Shown here: positions 6,612-12,358 of the stretch, piece after piece
Layout of the letters: the number at the start of each line of letters is the position of its first letter
How positions within the stretch are numbered: position 1 is the stretch's first letter
Program-made: the position numbers and the translations under genes
From: Bdellovibrionota bacterium
Lineage (GTDB): Bacteria > Bdellovibrionota > UBA1018 > UBA923
DNA: 12,358 nt
Assembly: GCA_040754655.1 (NCBI GenBank)
Contig: JBFMCE010000104.1
Location: 1-12,358 of the forward strand
Direction: 5' to 3'
The notes under the pieces: model-generated
What the model saw: the letters and a program-made list of their open reading frames with translations, nothing else
What the model was told of the DNA's origin: nothing
The model's database searches: none

Positions 6612-6856
6612 CGCTCGCGGAGCGCCCCACAAAAAGCGGGGCAACGCGAACGGTTTCTGGGTGACTGCGACGGGAGTCTGTTTTTGAACCAATAGGCTTA
6701 GCGGCCCCCTTGGGATGGGGGGGGGCGTCGCAAGCGACGCCTTGGAAGTTTTGAGGGCGGATTCCGCCTCGGTTGAACCCCTCTTGGAGGGGTAGCGTCG
6801 CAAGAGAAACCTTTTGTTTTTCAGGCCCAGAGTCTTTTGAGTCGGAGGCGGCCGAC
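6612..6856. other. Cluster of GC-rich hairpins in non-coding DNA
   Basis: Stems at 6612-6624, 6624-6642, 6724-6741, 6756-6768, 6777-6793 and 6841-6856. Confidence 0.7.
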
Positions 6857-7154
6857 GACTGAATTGTGCCCGTACCTCTCGCTCAAATCAACAGCGCAAA
6901 ACGTCATTATTTGATCGTTTGTGCAGATTGTTTTTTTGAGATTTCAAAAGTCAGTTTTAGGCGTTGCGCACAGCGTCCATAACCGACGAAGAACTAAGTT
7001 TCGACTGATTGCGCATTGAACAGCAGAAGGTGTTTTTCCCCGTCGCGCAGCGGCGGCACAAGGAGCGCCAGGCAGTTACATCTAAAAAACTGCATTTCCC
7101 ATAATTATAGTTATAGGAAATGAGTATGGTCGCCACCCGCAAATGACGGGCGTG

Positions 7155-7186
7155 AAAAAGCCCAGTCGCTTGCGCGAACTAGGCTT
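7155..7186 (-). terminator. Rho-independent terminator of the 45-aa gene
   Basis: AAGCCTAGT...ACTGGGCTTTTT on the minus strand, about 15 nt after the stop codon. Confidence 0.7.
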
Positions 7187-7201
7187 GGTTGTTGCAGTCA
7201 C

Positions 7202-7339
7202 TCAGGCTTGATGCGCGCCGTTGTGATGTTGCTCGTTTCGATTTCGATGATTTTCTGTGCGATGTTTTTTCGCATAGAGCGACACCAGCAGCAGACCAAT
7301 CGTTGCGATCCCAAACGCAATCAAAGATTCAATCGCCAT
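7202..7339 (-). CDS. 45-aa single-TM peptide (below the ORF-track cut-off)
   Basis: AAGGAGG RBS, MAIESLIAFGIATIGLLLVSLYAKKHRTENHRNRNEQHHNGAHQA*, and its own terminator. Confidence 0.65.
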   Translation of the reverse strand: MAIESLIAFGIATIGLLLVSLYAKKHRTENHRNRNEQHHNGAHQA

Positions 7340-7523
7340 TTTCGGCCTCCTTTAACGTCAATGGTTTGCTCATTGGATTTCCCTCTACCTTACCCGACTC
7401 ATGCTAACGATGAGTCATGCTTCCTGCGCTCAGGAGCTCAGTGATTTAATCGCTCCTTCATTTTACCTGCTGATCTAAACTTGTCTTGCCTTTCCATTGT
7501 GCAGAATTCAAGGAGCATATATC

Positions 7524-7679
7524 GTGACAATCTACTTGGAAAGATTTCGCCGCTTCGCCAATCGGAGTGGAATTGGCTTCTTCGCGCCAGTCGTGGCCAT
7601 TACCCGGATGATCAGAAAACGGCGCTTCAACTTTCGGGTATCCGGATTATTGGGTGGATTCAGGATGTTGCTTGACTGA
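7524..7679 (+). CDS. Possible small basic protein (51 aa) that reads through the first 24-bp site
   Basis: AAGGAG 8 nt before a GTG; MTIYLERFRRFANRSGIGFFAPVVAITRMIRKRR... No recognised family. Confidence 0.3.
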   Translation: MTIYLERFRRFANRSGIGFFAPVVAITRMIRKRRFNFRVSGLLGGFRMLLD

Positions 7680-7953
7680 AATTTCCTGGTATCTATAATC
7701 ACTTTCGCCTGCCGCTTCGGGCGTAAAAGACACAGAGCATTCCAACCAGCCTTCAGGCAATCGCAGTAGCAAACTCCCAGAACGATCCAAGAACGATTAC
7801 GTCTGCACTTTCTGAGCGCAGCCGCGACCTTTTTTATTGGGGTATCCGGATTAAACGGTGGATGAGCTGATGTACGGTTGCCCAGCTTTCATTTTCAGAC
7901 GACGGATTATCGGGTGGATGAAGATTTTACGGGGATCGGATTATCGTGTGGAT
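7636..7953 (+). repeat. Four direct copies of the 24-bp site (7636-7659, 7840-7863, 7903-7919 partial, 7931-7953)
   Basis: GGGTATCCGGATTATTGGGTGGAT; GGGTATCCGGATTAAACGGTGGAT; CGGATTATCGGGTGGAT; GGGGATCGGATTATCGTGTGGAT. Confidence 0.9.
7672..7699 (+). promoter_or_regulatory. Near-consensus sigma-70 promoter with no ORF directly downstream
   Basis: TTGACT-N16-TATAAT. Confidence 0.65.
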
Positions 7954-7970
7954 AGCCCTCGACATTTTGG

Positions 7971-8029
7971 CGTTTAACAATGTTTGACATTACTGGATTG
8001 CAGTGTAAAATGTCTAACATTGTTTTACG
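7971..8029 (+). promoter_or_regulatory. chpSB promoter with two palindromic operators
   Basis: TTGACA (7984)-N16-TAAAAT (8006). AATGT-N3-ACATT at 7979-7991 and 8009-8021 overlap the -35 and -10 boxes, as expected for TA autorepression. Confidence 0.75.
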
Positions 8030-8043
8030 GATGAGGCATAAAT

Positions 8044-8298
8044 ATGGAACTCGCTATCAGAAAATTGGGAAACAGCACAGGAATCATTCTGCCGCCGTCA
8101 TTACTTCGCTCAATGCATCTTGCTGTTGGCAACACAATCAATGCTGAACAAGTAAAGGGAAAGCTGGTTCTAACCCCGAACGTGAAGCCCAAATATACGC
8201 TCGCAGAATTGTTGGAGAAATGTGATTCACATGCCGCCGTCCCTCAAGATGTTCAAGAGTGGGATGCCTCTCCAGTGGTCGGAAGGGAAGGCATTTGA
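8044..8298 (+). CDS. chpS: AbrB/MazE-family antitoxin, ChpS-like
   Basis: IRKLGNSTGIILP AbrB motif, YTLAELLEKCD and the W...VGRE tail, as in E. coli ChpS. Confidence 0.9.
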   Translation: MELAIRKLGNSTGIILPPSLLRSMHLAVGNTINAEQVKGKLVLTPNVKPKYTLAELLEKCDSHAAVPQDVQEWDASPVVGREGI

Positions 8299-8639
8299 GT
8301 AAAGTGTTTGAACGGGGCGATATTGTCCGAGTTTGCCTGAATCCGACAGAAGGCAAAGAATTGCAGGGAGATTACCGACCGGCACTCGTTGTCTCTCCCA
8401 GAGTATTCAATGTTCTCGGGTTGACTATGATCGCGCCCATCACTCAGGGCGGAAACTTTTCTCGTTATGGTGGGTTTGCAGTGACTTTGATGGGTAGCGG
8501 TACTGATACTCAAGGCGTAGTTCTCGCAAACATGGTCAGATCAGTAGATTTGCAATCCAGAGGGGCTAAGTTTGTTGAAAAGGCCCCATCATCTCTGGTG
8601 GACGAGGTGTTGGCTCGAATCGCATCAATTTTTGAGTGA
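8295..8639 (+). CDS. chpB: PemK/MazF-family endoribonuclease toxin, ChpB-like (114 aa)
   Basis: The TTG start overlaps the antitoxin stop. RGDIV, RPALVVS and APITQGGNFSRYGGF closely match ChpB. Confidence 0.9.
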   Translation: MSKVFERGDIVRVCLNPTEGKELQGDYRPALVVSPRVFNVLGLTMIAPITQGGNFSRYGGFAVTLMGSGTDTQGVVLANMVRSVDLQSRGAKFVEKAPSSLVDEVLARIASIFE

Positions 8640-8649
8640 GGTCAGGGAC

Positions 8650-8835
8650 ATGAGCACCAAATCAATAATTACCCACATAACTCCTGCTGATGGGAATGTC
8701 TTTGCCGACTTAGGATTCCCGCCAGAAGAAGCTGCGAGATTGAAGGCTGAATCTGATCGTGTCATCTCAAAGGAGCTGGCGCTCAAGAATTCAGCCGAGC
8801 GTATGCAAGCTTTGGAAGAAGACGACAACGAGTAA
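8650..8835 (+). pseudogene. Truncated/chimeric XRE (HigA-type) antitoxin N-terminus without an HTH, copy 1 (61 aa)
   Basis: The motif HITPADGNVFADLGFPPEEA is typical of the N-terminus of XRE antitoxins. No HTH follows. Confidence 0.65.
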
Positions 8836-8953
8836 CAATCAACGCCCCTGCGCATCGTCAGGTGTGAATACCCTTCCACACTGGAGCTGGTTTTCGATTC
8901 AGGCAAGTTCTAACCCAAAGACCGGCTCAATCCACCCGATAATCCGGATACCC
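8674..8953 (+). repeat. Direct repeat, copy 1; near-identical to 9784..10159 apart from a 96-bp indel
   Basis: Offset is 1110 up to 8811 and 1206 thereafter. I count 3 mismatches in the last 143 bp. Confidence 0.95.
8930..8953 (-). repeat. 24-bp site, inverted copy
   Basis: ATCCACCCGATAATCCGGATACCC is the reverse complement of the consensus. Confidence 0.9.
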
Positions 8954-8954
8954 C

Positions 8955-9098
8955 AAATTTGCAGGTCAGATAATGCAATACGACCATAAGCACAGGCACA
9001 TTTCAGACAAGGGAGTGCCATACAAATTCACGAGTTCATATCAACTGCTGAAAGATTTTTTCGATGATGTGGACAAGGTACTGAAGGAGGTGGAGTGA
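8955..9098 (+). pseudogene. 5'-truncated DUF6516/TumE-like toxin remnant
   Basis: KFAGQIMQYDHKHRHISDKGVPYKFTSSYQLLKDFFDDVDKVLKEVE*. The DHxH...PYxF...LLxDF pattern matches the family C-terminus as I recall it. Its stop overlaps the next ATG. Confidence 0.7.
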
Positions 9099-9457
9099 TG
9101 AATCGTGCAAAAACACTCAGAATTGGAATAATGCCGCAGGAGCAGATCCGCGAGAGGATGTTTGCCATTGCTAGAGGCGAGTATAAGCCGAAGGCAAGCG
9201 ACCCAAAGATTTGGTTCACGTCAATGAAATCACTTTCTGAAGTTCTCAGTGACGATAACCGTGCCTTACTTCGGGTGATTAAGAGTCGCCAGCCATCCTC
9301 GATTACGTCATTAGCGGAGATAACGGGCAGAAAGCCTGGCAACTTATCTAGGACTTTGAAAACAATGTCTAATTACGGTCTGGTGAGGATGGAGCGAGAG
9401 AAATCTCACGTTCGACCAGTTGTGGATGTCACTGATTTTCAAATCATCGCCGCATAA
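9098..9457 (+). CDS. MarR-like winged-helix protein (HVO_A0114-like), putative antitoxin
   Basis: IWFTSMKSLSEVLSDDNRALL...PSSITSLAEITGRKPGNLSRTLKTMSNYGLV; TGATG coupling to the remnant upstream. Confidence 0.8.
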   Translation: MNRAKTLRIGIMPQEQIRERMFAIARGEYKPKASDPKIWFTSMKSLSEVLSDDNRALLRVIKSRQPSSITSLAEITGRKPGNLSRTLKTMSNYGLVRMEREKSHVRPVVDVTDFQIIAA

Positions 9458-9499
9458 CTGATAGTCTATGACCACGATCAAATACAAGGGCTTTGCGAC

Positions 9500-9763
9500 A
9501 TGAAAACATCGCGCTATGACGTAGCAGAACATCTTCGCACACCGGAAGAAATGGCGATGTACTTGGATGCTTGCATCGAAGAATCTGACGGCGATCCGGC
9601 TTTCATCGAAAAGGCGCGTATGGATATTGCTCGTGCTCAGGACAATCAACTTATCCTGACTCGGAGAGAGTCATTGCGCTTGCTGGAGTTAATTGAAAAT
9701 CCGCCACTCAGAAATGAAAAATTCCTTCAGGCGATGAGTCTGTATCTAAGGAACAAACAGTGA
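9500..9763 (+). CDS. Chimeric antitoxin: HI1420-type addiction antidote N-terminus fused to a DUF1778/TacA-like C-terminus
   Basis: YDVAEHLRTPEEMAMYLDAC...GDPAFI...DIARA is followed not by an HTH but by LILTRRESLRLLELIENPPLRNEKFLQAM. Confidence 0.7.
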   Translation: MKTSRYDVAEHLRTPEEMAMYLDACIEESDGDPAFIEKARMDIARAQDNQLILTRRESLRLLELIENPPLRNEKFLQAMSLYLRNKQ

Positions 9764-10041
9764 GCTCGAAACCCATCATCAAACACATAACTCCTGCGGG
9801 TGGGAATGTCTTTGCCGACTTAGGATTCCCGCCAGAAGAAGCTGCGGCTCTGAAGGCGGAGTCTGATCGTGTCATCTCAAAGGAGCTGGCGCTCAAGAAT
9901 TCAGCCGAGCGTATGCAAGCTGCGCCGCACCTCTTCACTCAGAAAGAGTGGAATGCCTTGGAGACTTATGACGGTCAAGTTGTATCCGGCGATCCAGAAG
10001 GTCGTGTTCCGGAAAATTTGGAAGCAGACGACAACGAGTAA
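9760..10041 (+). pseudogene. Truncated/chimeric XRE antitoxin N-terminus without an HTH, copy 2 (93 aa)
   Basis: GTGA coupling. Same sequence as copy 1 with 32 extra residues. Confidence 0.65.
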
Positions 10042-10135
10042 CAATCAACGTCCCTGCGCATCGTCAGGTGTGAATGCCCTTCCACACTGGAGCTGGTTTT
10101 CGATTCAGGCAAGTTCTAACCCAAAGACCGGCTCA

Positions 10136-10159
10136 ATCCACCCGATAATCCGGATACCC
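10136..10159 (-). repeat. 24-bp site, inverted copy
   Basis: Identical to 8930-8953. Confidence 0.9.
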
Positions 10160-10269
10160 AGGATTTCTTTTACACCATTTGGCGATCCAAAATCTCCGTA
10201 TGCGCACAGCGCCCAGCCAAATGAAGCCGGCTGAGTTCGTTACTGAAAAATGCCAATAGCCAATTCAGG

Positions 10270-10297
10270 TTGCTTTTAAGGCCACAAAGGTTAGAAT
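10270..10297 (+). promoter_or_regulatory. Putative promoter for a short-leader or leaderless XRE transcript
   Basis: TTGCTT-N16-TAGAAT, with the ATG 8 nt downstream and no RBS. Confidence 0.4.
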
Positions 10298-10305
10298 TTG
10301 GCATT

Positions 10306-10653
10306 ATGGATATATTTAAAGCCACTATATACAAGCAAGAACACACAGTTCAGGAATGGGAGAGCATGCTTGGAGAGCAATGCAAGAGACTGCGCCTGAA
10401 CCGCAACCAAGACCAGAAGACCTTCGCTGAAGGTGCTGGAGTAAGCGTGTCTGCGCTCAAAAATCTTGAGAATGGCAATGGTGCCTCCCTCAAGACGCTG
10501 ATCAAAGTCATGCGTTATCTTGGACGCACCGACTGGCTGCAATCCCTCTCTCCTGTAGTCTCCATCAGCCCTCTTCAACTGGCTGCGCTCAAGCATCACC
10601 GTCAGCGTGCATCCTCACCCAGAAAGGCGAAGAATGGCCAGAGCCAGCCATGA
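10306..10653 (+). CDS. XRE-family HTH regulator, HipB-like (115 aa)
   Basis: LGEQCKRLRLNRNQDQKTFAEGAGVSVSALKNLENGNGASLKTLIKVMRYLG is a cro/C1 HTH. The SP...RQRAS tail is one I recall from hipA-associated regulators. Confidence 0.85.
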   Translation: MDIFKATIYKQEHTVQEWESMLGEQCKRLRLNRNQDQKTFAEGAGVSVSALKNLENGNGASLKTLIKVMRYLGRTDWLQSLSPVVSISPLQLAALKHHRQRASSPRKAKNGQSQP

Positions 10654-10863
10654 ATACCAGGCTGCCGAAGGCTGTTACGGTTGCAACAAGTAACCAGTTC
10701 TGATCACTTCAGGTCTAGGACTCCACATCCGCGCAAAAATCGCAACTCATTGAAATTGCTTGTCATAGTAATGTTTCTGCGAAAAAAGGTCCCGCCAGCA
10801 ACCTCTATTCCCGCGAGTCAGCCATCGCCCTCCTCGGCCTTACCATATGCCAGACATCGCCTC

Positions 10864-10887
10864 ACCTACCGTTTATTTCGGATACCC
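10864..10887 (-). repeat. 24-bp site, degenerate inverted copy
   Basis: The reverse complement GGGTATCCGAAATAAACGGTAGGT matches the 7840 copy at 20/24. TTTCGGGTATCCG is a perfect 13-bp inverted match between 7632-7644 and 10879-10891. Confidence 0.7.
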
Positions 10888-10964
10888 GAAAAATCTTCAC
10901 AAACGATCATTTTTTGATGTTTTCAAATCTCAGAATCGCCTGCTTCGTTCGTTAAGATTGCCTC

Positions 10965-11207
10965 ATGAGTTCAACACAATCTCTAATGAGGTTCCTTACT
11001 AACGCAGAGCTGGCGGAGCTGACTGAGCGCAAGCGCAAAGCAGACCAGATTGCTTGGCTAAAGCGGAATAGCTTCAAGTTTGCCATCGGCGCGAACGGCC
11101 ACCCTCGGGTGCTGCATGATCACGTCCAGGCAAAGCTGTGCGGCGGAATAGTTGAGGCTGCCAATGATGTCATCCCAACTATTGAGCCAAACTGGGCTGC
11201 AATCTAA
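10965..11207 (+). CDS. Excisionase-like protein (DUF4224 family)
   Basis: FLTNAELAELT.RKR...QIAWL...F..GANGHPRV...PNWAA, immediately upstream of the integrase. The start may be the second ATG (MRFLT). Confidence 0.85.
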   Translation: MSSTQSLMRFLTNAELAELTERKRKADQIAWLKRNSFKFAIGANGHPRVLHDHVQAKLCGGIVEAANDVIPTIEPNWAAI

Positions 11208-11216
11208 ACTCGCGCA

Positions 11217-12197
11217 ATGGGCCGCAAAAGAACTATTAACCTCGATCTGCCGCCGCGCATGACAATCAAGGGGAAGTCGTATTATCACGTCTCTACAACC
11301 ATTCCCAGGAAATGGACGAACCTCGGAAAGGACCTCTCGGTTGCCAAAAGACTTTGGGCTGAGCTAGAAGGCGAACTTATTGAGCCTGACATCAAGACCT
11401 TTTCCGGCATTGCGGCCCGATACCGTAAAGAAGTATTTCCAACTAAGGCCCCTCTAACTCAACGCGACAATGAAAGAGAATTGAGTAGGCTTGAATCTGT
11501 ATTTGGTGGCATGCCAATTGATGCTATTAAGCCATTCCACATCAAGCGCTATCTTGTCGAACGGGGAAAAACTGCCAAGGTTCGCGCCAACCGCGAACGC
11601 GCACTCTTCAGTCATGTATTCAACTTCGCAAGGCAGCATGGCTACACTGATGCCACAAACCCATGTGCAGGCGTCAAGGGACACAGGGAAACGGGAAGAG
11701 ACCGTTATGTTGAAGACGATGAGTTTTTAGCTGTGTGGAACAAGGCTGACCAATCCGTTCAAGACGCGATGGACATGGCGCACCTCACAGGCCAGCGTCC
11801 ATCAGACTTACTCAAGATCAACCGCCAAGATATTCGAAACGACGCTCTATTCCTGGAACAGGGAAAGACCGGCAAGAAGTTGCGGATTGAGATTGTGGGC
11901 GAGCTGGAATATCTCATAGAACGCATCCTCAGTCGTTCATACAACTCTAAGGGATGTGATGCACTCCTTCAAAACGGAGAAGGTGAGCGGCTGTCGAAAG
12001 GAACCCTGCGCAGCCGATTCGACAAAGCCAGAAAGACAGCGGGGGTGAGTTTTCAATTCCGCGACATCCGTGCCAAGACTGCCACCGACACAGAGAACCT
12101 TGCTCATGCTCAACGCCTACTCGGCCACAAGACGAGAACTATGACGGAGCACTACACCCGAAACCGAAAAGGCGACAAAGTAAGTCCGCTCAAGTAG
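11217..12197 (+). CDS. int: Phage-type tyrosine integrase, 326 aa
   Basis: Catalytic motifs TGQRPSD (R), QGKTG (K), FRDIR, LLGH and HYTR (Y); the N-terminus MGRKR...LPPRM is typical of this group. Confidence 0.95.
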   Translation: MGRKRTINLDLPPRMTIKGKSYYHVSTTIPRKWTNLGKDLSVAKRLWAELEGELIEPDIKTFSGIAARYRKEVFPTKAPLTQRDNERELSRLESVFGGMPIDAIKPFHIKRYLVERGKTAKVRANRERALFSHVFNFARQHGYTDATNPCAGVKGHRETGRDRYVEDDEFLAVWNKADQSVQDAMDMAHLTGQRPSDLLKINRQDIRNDALFLEQGKTGKKLRIEIVGELEYLIERILSRSYNSKGCDALLQNGEGERLSKGTLRSRFDKARKTAGVSFQFRDIRAKTATDTENLAHAQRLLGHKTRTMTEHYTRNRKGDKVSPLK

Positions 12198-12358
12198 ATA
12201 AAGAACTTGCGTTTTCTGCGCTAATTCCGCTGCTCATAATGAATTAAATCACCAACTGATCTGCCGAAACACGGATCTCCTGCTAGCCATTGAGTGAATC
12301 TGGAAGTGGGTGGTCTGCACCTCAACTTCTATTCAAAATCGGAATTTTTGTAGAAAGT

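Larger units (their letters stand above)
1..12358. mobile_element. Part of an integrative element or genomic island; boundaries not visible
   Basis: xis-int at one end, a replication module, TA cargo and no housekeeping genes. No att duplication can be seen within the window. Confidence 0.8.

Noticed and set aside
7636..7953. 24-bp repeats as a CRISPR array
   Set aside because: Periods are irregular (about 204, 56 and 34 bp), copies are degenerate, inverted copies occur elsewhere, and there are no cas genes.
7839..8954. chpSB block as a simple transposon with a target-site duplication
   Set aside because: The inverted ends are present, but the flanks (TTTTTATT and AAATTTGC) are not direct repeats and no transposase is encoded.
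10681..10917. 78-aa plus-strand ORF as a hipA fragment
   Set aside because: It has no HipA motifs and no RBS, and it runs across the degenerate 24-bp site.
8138..11944. Minus-strand and off-frame ORFs over the TA, xis and int genes (e.g. 8625..8906, 9028..9342, 9869..10234, 10291..10599)
   Set aside because: They overlap recognisable genes and have no motifs of their own.
11217..12197. Integrase as an integron integrase, or as inactive because HxxR reads RDIR
   Set aside because: It has a phage-type N-terminus and a xis partner, with no IntI-specific insertion or attC-like sites. As I recall, FRD[IL]R is a common variant in this subfamily, and the other catalytic residues are intact.
12198..12358. 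att site or tRNA target after the integrase
   Set aside because: No tRNA fold or duplicated core is visible. The boundary probably lies beyond the window.

Overview
The window looks like the right-hand ~12 kb of an integrative mobile element from a diderm, probably proteobacterial, host. It has four parts. (1) At the right end is an excisionase (DUF4224-like) plus a tyrosine integrase. (2) From about 7.6 to 10.9 kb is a toxin-antitoxin (TA) region with one intact chpS/chpB (mazEF-type) pair. The rest is orphan, truncated or chimeric antitoxins and toxin stubs, punctuated by seven copies of an unrecognised 24-bp site (consensus GGGTATCCGGATTATCGGGTGGAT) that coincides with gene and duplication breakpoints. 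(3) A replication/regulation module contains a hairpin-dense non-coding region, a small protein resembling sigma-70 regions 3.2-4, and a winged-helix initiator with intragenic iterons. (4) A leftward cluster encodes mostly exported or membrane proteins of unknown family: a probable small beta-barrel, a membrane-anchored coiled coil, a 362-aa protein with long Ser-rich termini, three tandem diverged paralogues of a 4-Cys secreted domain, and a multi-TM protein that runs off the left edge. Three of these genes share an exactly spaced 43-bp upstream motif. No phage structural, T4SS, relaxase, cas or reverse transcriptase genes are recognisable. Family names come from recalled motifs, not from database searches.
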